Positions 23,920 through 25,125 of a DNA stretch of 25,125 nt are shown here, one piece after another; positions within the stretch are counted from its first letter, which is position 1, and each line of letters begins with the position of its first letter. This DNA comes from a virus (lineage: Duplodnaviria > Caudoviricetes). The position numbers and the translations under genes are program-made. Location of the stretch: positions 1 through 25,125 of IMG/VR virus record IMGVR_UViG_3300016649_000566; one strand, written 5' to 3'. The notes under the pieces were generated by a model, which was not told the origin of the DNA, searched no databases, and saw only the letters and a list, made by a program, of their open reading frames with translations.

Positions 23920-25125
23920 TTAGGCTCGCAGCTGAATACTCACTATGTCCGCACTAACGCATATGGCATCGATCGAGTCGGCCCATGCCTGCATCATTTC
24001 TCTACGTTGCGGCACGTAGGCGGCATGGTTGTAAGTCCCGCGGATCTCATCGGTGTCACCGTGAGCTAGTTGCCGTTCGATCCAGTCCTTGTTGTAGCCT
24101 CGCCCGTTCAATTCGGTGCTGAGCAAGTGGCGGAATCCGTGGCCGGTCTGTCGCCCTTCGTAGCCCATCTGGCGCAAAGCCTTGTTGACTGTGTTTTCGC
24201 TCATGGGTCTTCCGGGATTGGCGCCAGCGAATACCAGTGAATAACGTCCTGTGATCTCTTGGAGTTGAAGCAGGATAGCTACCGCTTGGCCGGGCAGAGG
24301 CACGATGTGAGGGCGGCGGGCCTTCATCCGTTCTTTCGGGATTGTCCAGGTCGCATTGTCTAGGTCGAACTCAGACCATGGCGCTTGACGCAGTTCGCCC
24401 GGACGAACAGCTGTCAGTATCAGAAGTTTGATCGCGTGGCGGGTAAGGGTATGGACGTTCGCGGCCTCGCACTTGCTCAAAAGCTCGGGCAGCTCAGCGA
24501 AAGGCACGTGTGGATGGTGCCGAGCTGCCTTGGCTGGCGCTGCAACCACACTCAGATCGGTTGCAGGATTCGCATCAACGACGCCCTTGGCCAGGCCATA
24601 TCGGAAGATCTGGTGAAGCCATTGGCGAATCTTGCCGGCGGCATTCAACGTGCCTCTAGCTTCGACCTTACGAACAAGCTCTACCAGTTCTGGTCGGGTA
24701 ATGGATTTCAGAGCCCGTGATCCAATACCGGGGATCAGATCGTTCTCCAGGTAGAGCTTGGCTTTGTAGGTGGTGCTTTCTGCCCAGCGCGGCGCGTTAT
24801 AGGCGAACCACTCACGTGCGAGTGTCTCGAAAGTGATTCCGTCGACCTTCTGCGCTTGCTTGGTGGCTTTCTTCTGCTCGCCGGGGTCAACGCCTTCAAT
24901 CAGCATCTGACGGCTCTCATCGCGCATCTGGCGAGCTTTGAGCAGCGTTACAGCTGGGTACTTGCCGAGAGCCAGCATCTTCGCGCTACCGTTGAAGCGG
25001 TAGCGGTAGCGCCAGAGTTTTGAGCCCGTAGGGGTGACTTCAAGGCATAGACCGTTGGCATCGGTCAGGCGATAAAGCTTGTCCTTGGGCTTGGCGGTAC
25101 GGATGGTGGTATCTGACAGTGGCAA
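23920..25125 (-). CDS. int: P4-family tyrosine integrase (401 aa)
   Basis: Arm-binding N-terminus (LTDANGLCLEVTPTGSKLWRYRYR...LALGKYPAVTL) and catalytic residues in AVRPGELR, MKARRPH, HGFRH, QLAH and YNHA. TTG start at the window edge. Confidence 0.95.
   Translation of the reverse strand: MPLSDTTIRTAKPKDKLYRLTDANGLCLEVTPTGSKLWRYRYRFNGSAKMLALGKYPAVTLLKARQMRDESRQMLIEGVDPGEQKKATKQAQKVDGITFETLAREWFAYNAPRWAESTTYKAKLYLENDLIPGIGSRALKSITRPELVELVRKVEARGTLNAAGKIRQWLHQIFRYGLAKGVVDANPATDLSVVAAPAKAARHHPHVPFAELPELLSKCEAANVHTLTRHAIKLLILTAVRPGELRQAPWSEFDLDNATWTIPKERMKARRPHIVPLPGQAVAILLQLQEITGRYSLVFAGANPGRPMSENTVNKALRQMGYEGRQTGHGFRHLLSTELNGRGYNKDWIERQLAHGDTDEIRGTYNHAAYVPQRREMMQAWADSIDAICVSADIVSIQLRA

Larger units (their letters stand above)
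1..25125 (-). mobile_element. Integrative phage-satellite-like element (PICI/P4-like) with ejection-protein module and MOBV cargo; boundaries extend beyond the window
   Basis: Gene order int - regulator - alpA - ash/C4 RNA - small ORFs - primase - DUF927 helicase - iteron ori matches Gram-negative PICI/P4-like satellites. No capsid, portal or terminase is seen. The left ~6.7 kb could be a separate adjoining element. Confidence 0.8.

Noticed and set aside
7044-25125. Intact or simply decayed prophage
   Set aside because: No terminase, portal, capsid, tail or lysis genes and no visible fragments of them; the backbone is satellite-type and all retained genes are intact and coupled.

Overview
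The window looks like one integrative phage-satellite-like element (PICI/P4-like), probably from Pseudomonas; the host is inferred from protein-family resemblance and the GC-rich core. It is cut at gene boundaries, so no att sites are visible. From the right end, on the minus strand: a P4-family tyrosine integrase; a ~437-aa protein with a degenerate CII-like N-terminus; AlpA; an Ash-like ORF containing a C4-type antisense RNA with its promoter and targets; small ORFs; a Toprim primase; a DUF927-type helicase; and a symmetric iteron origin. The same tightly coupled gene string continues into a podovirus-type DNA-ejection module (GNAT, cupin-like protein, gp14-like protein, lytic-transglycosylase protein, 2037-aa protein, small membrane protein). 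No capsid, portal, terminase, tail or lysis gene is recognisable in the window. The left ~6.7 kb holds a second AlpA, a MOBV relaxase with a pBBR1-like oriT, a RosmerTA-like pair, and a cluster of four excisionase/RDF-like genes from different families, most followed by their own short repeat array. The leading candidate novel system is a satellite that supplies its own ejectosome and carries a possible anti-lysogeny toolkit (RDF array plus CII-like decoy). All family assignments come from motif recognition by eye, not database searches.
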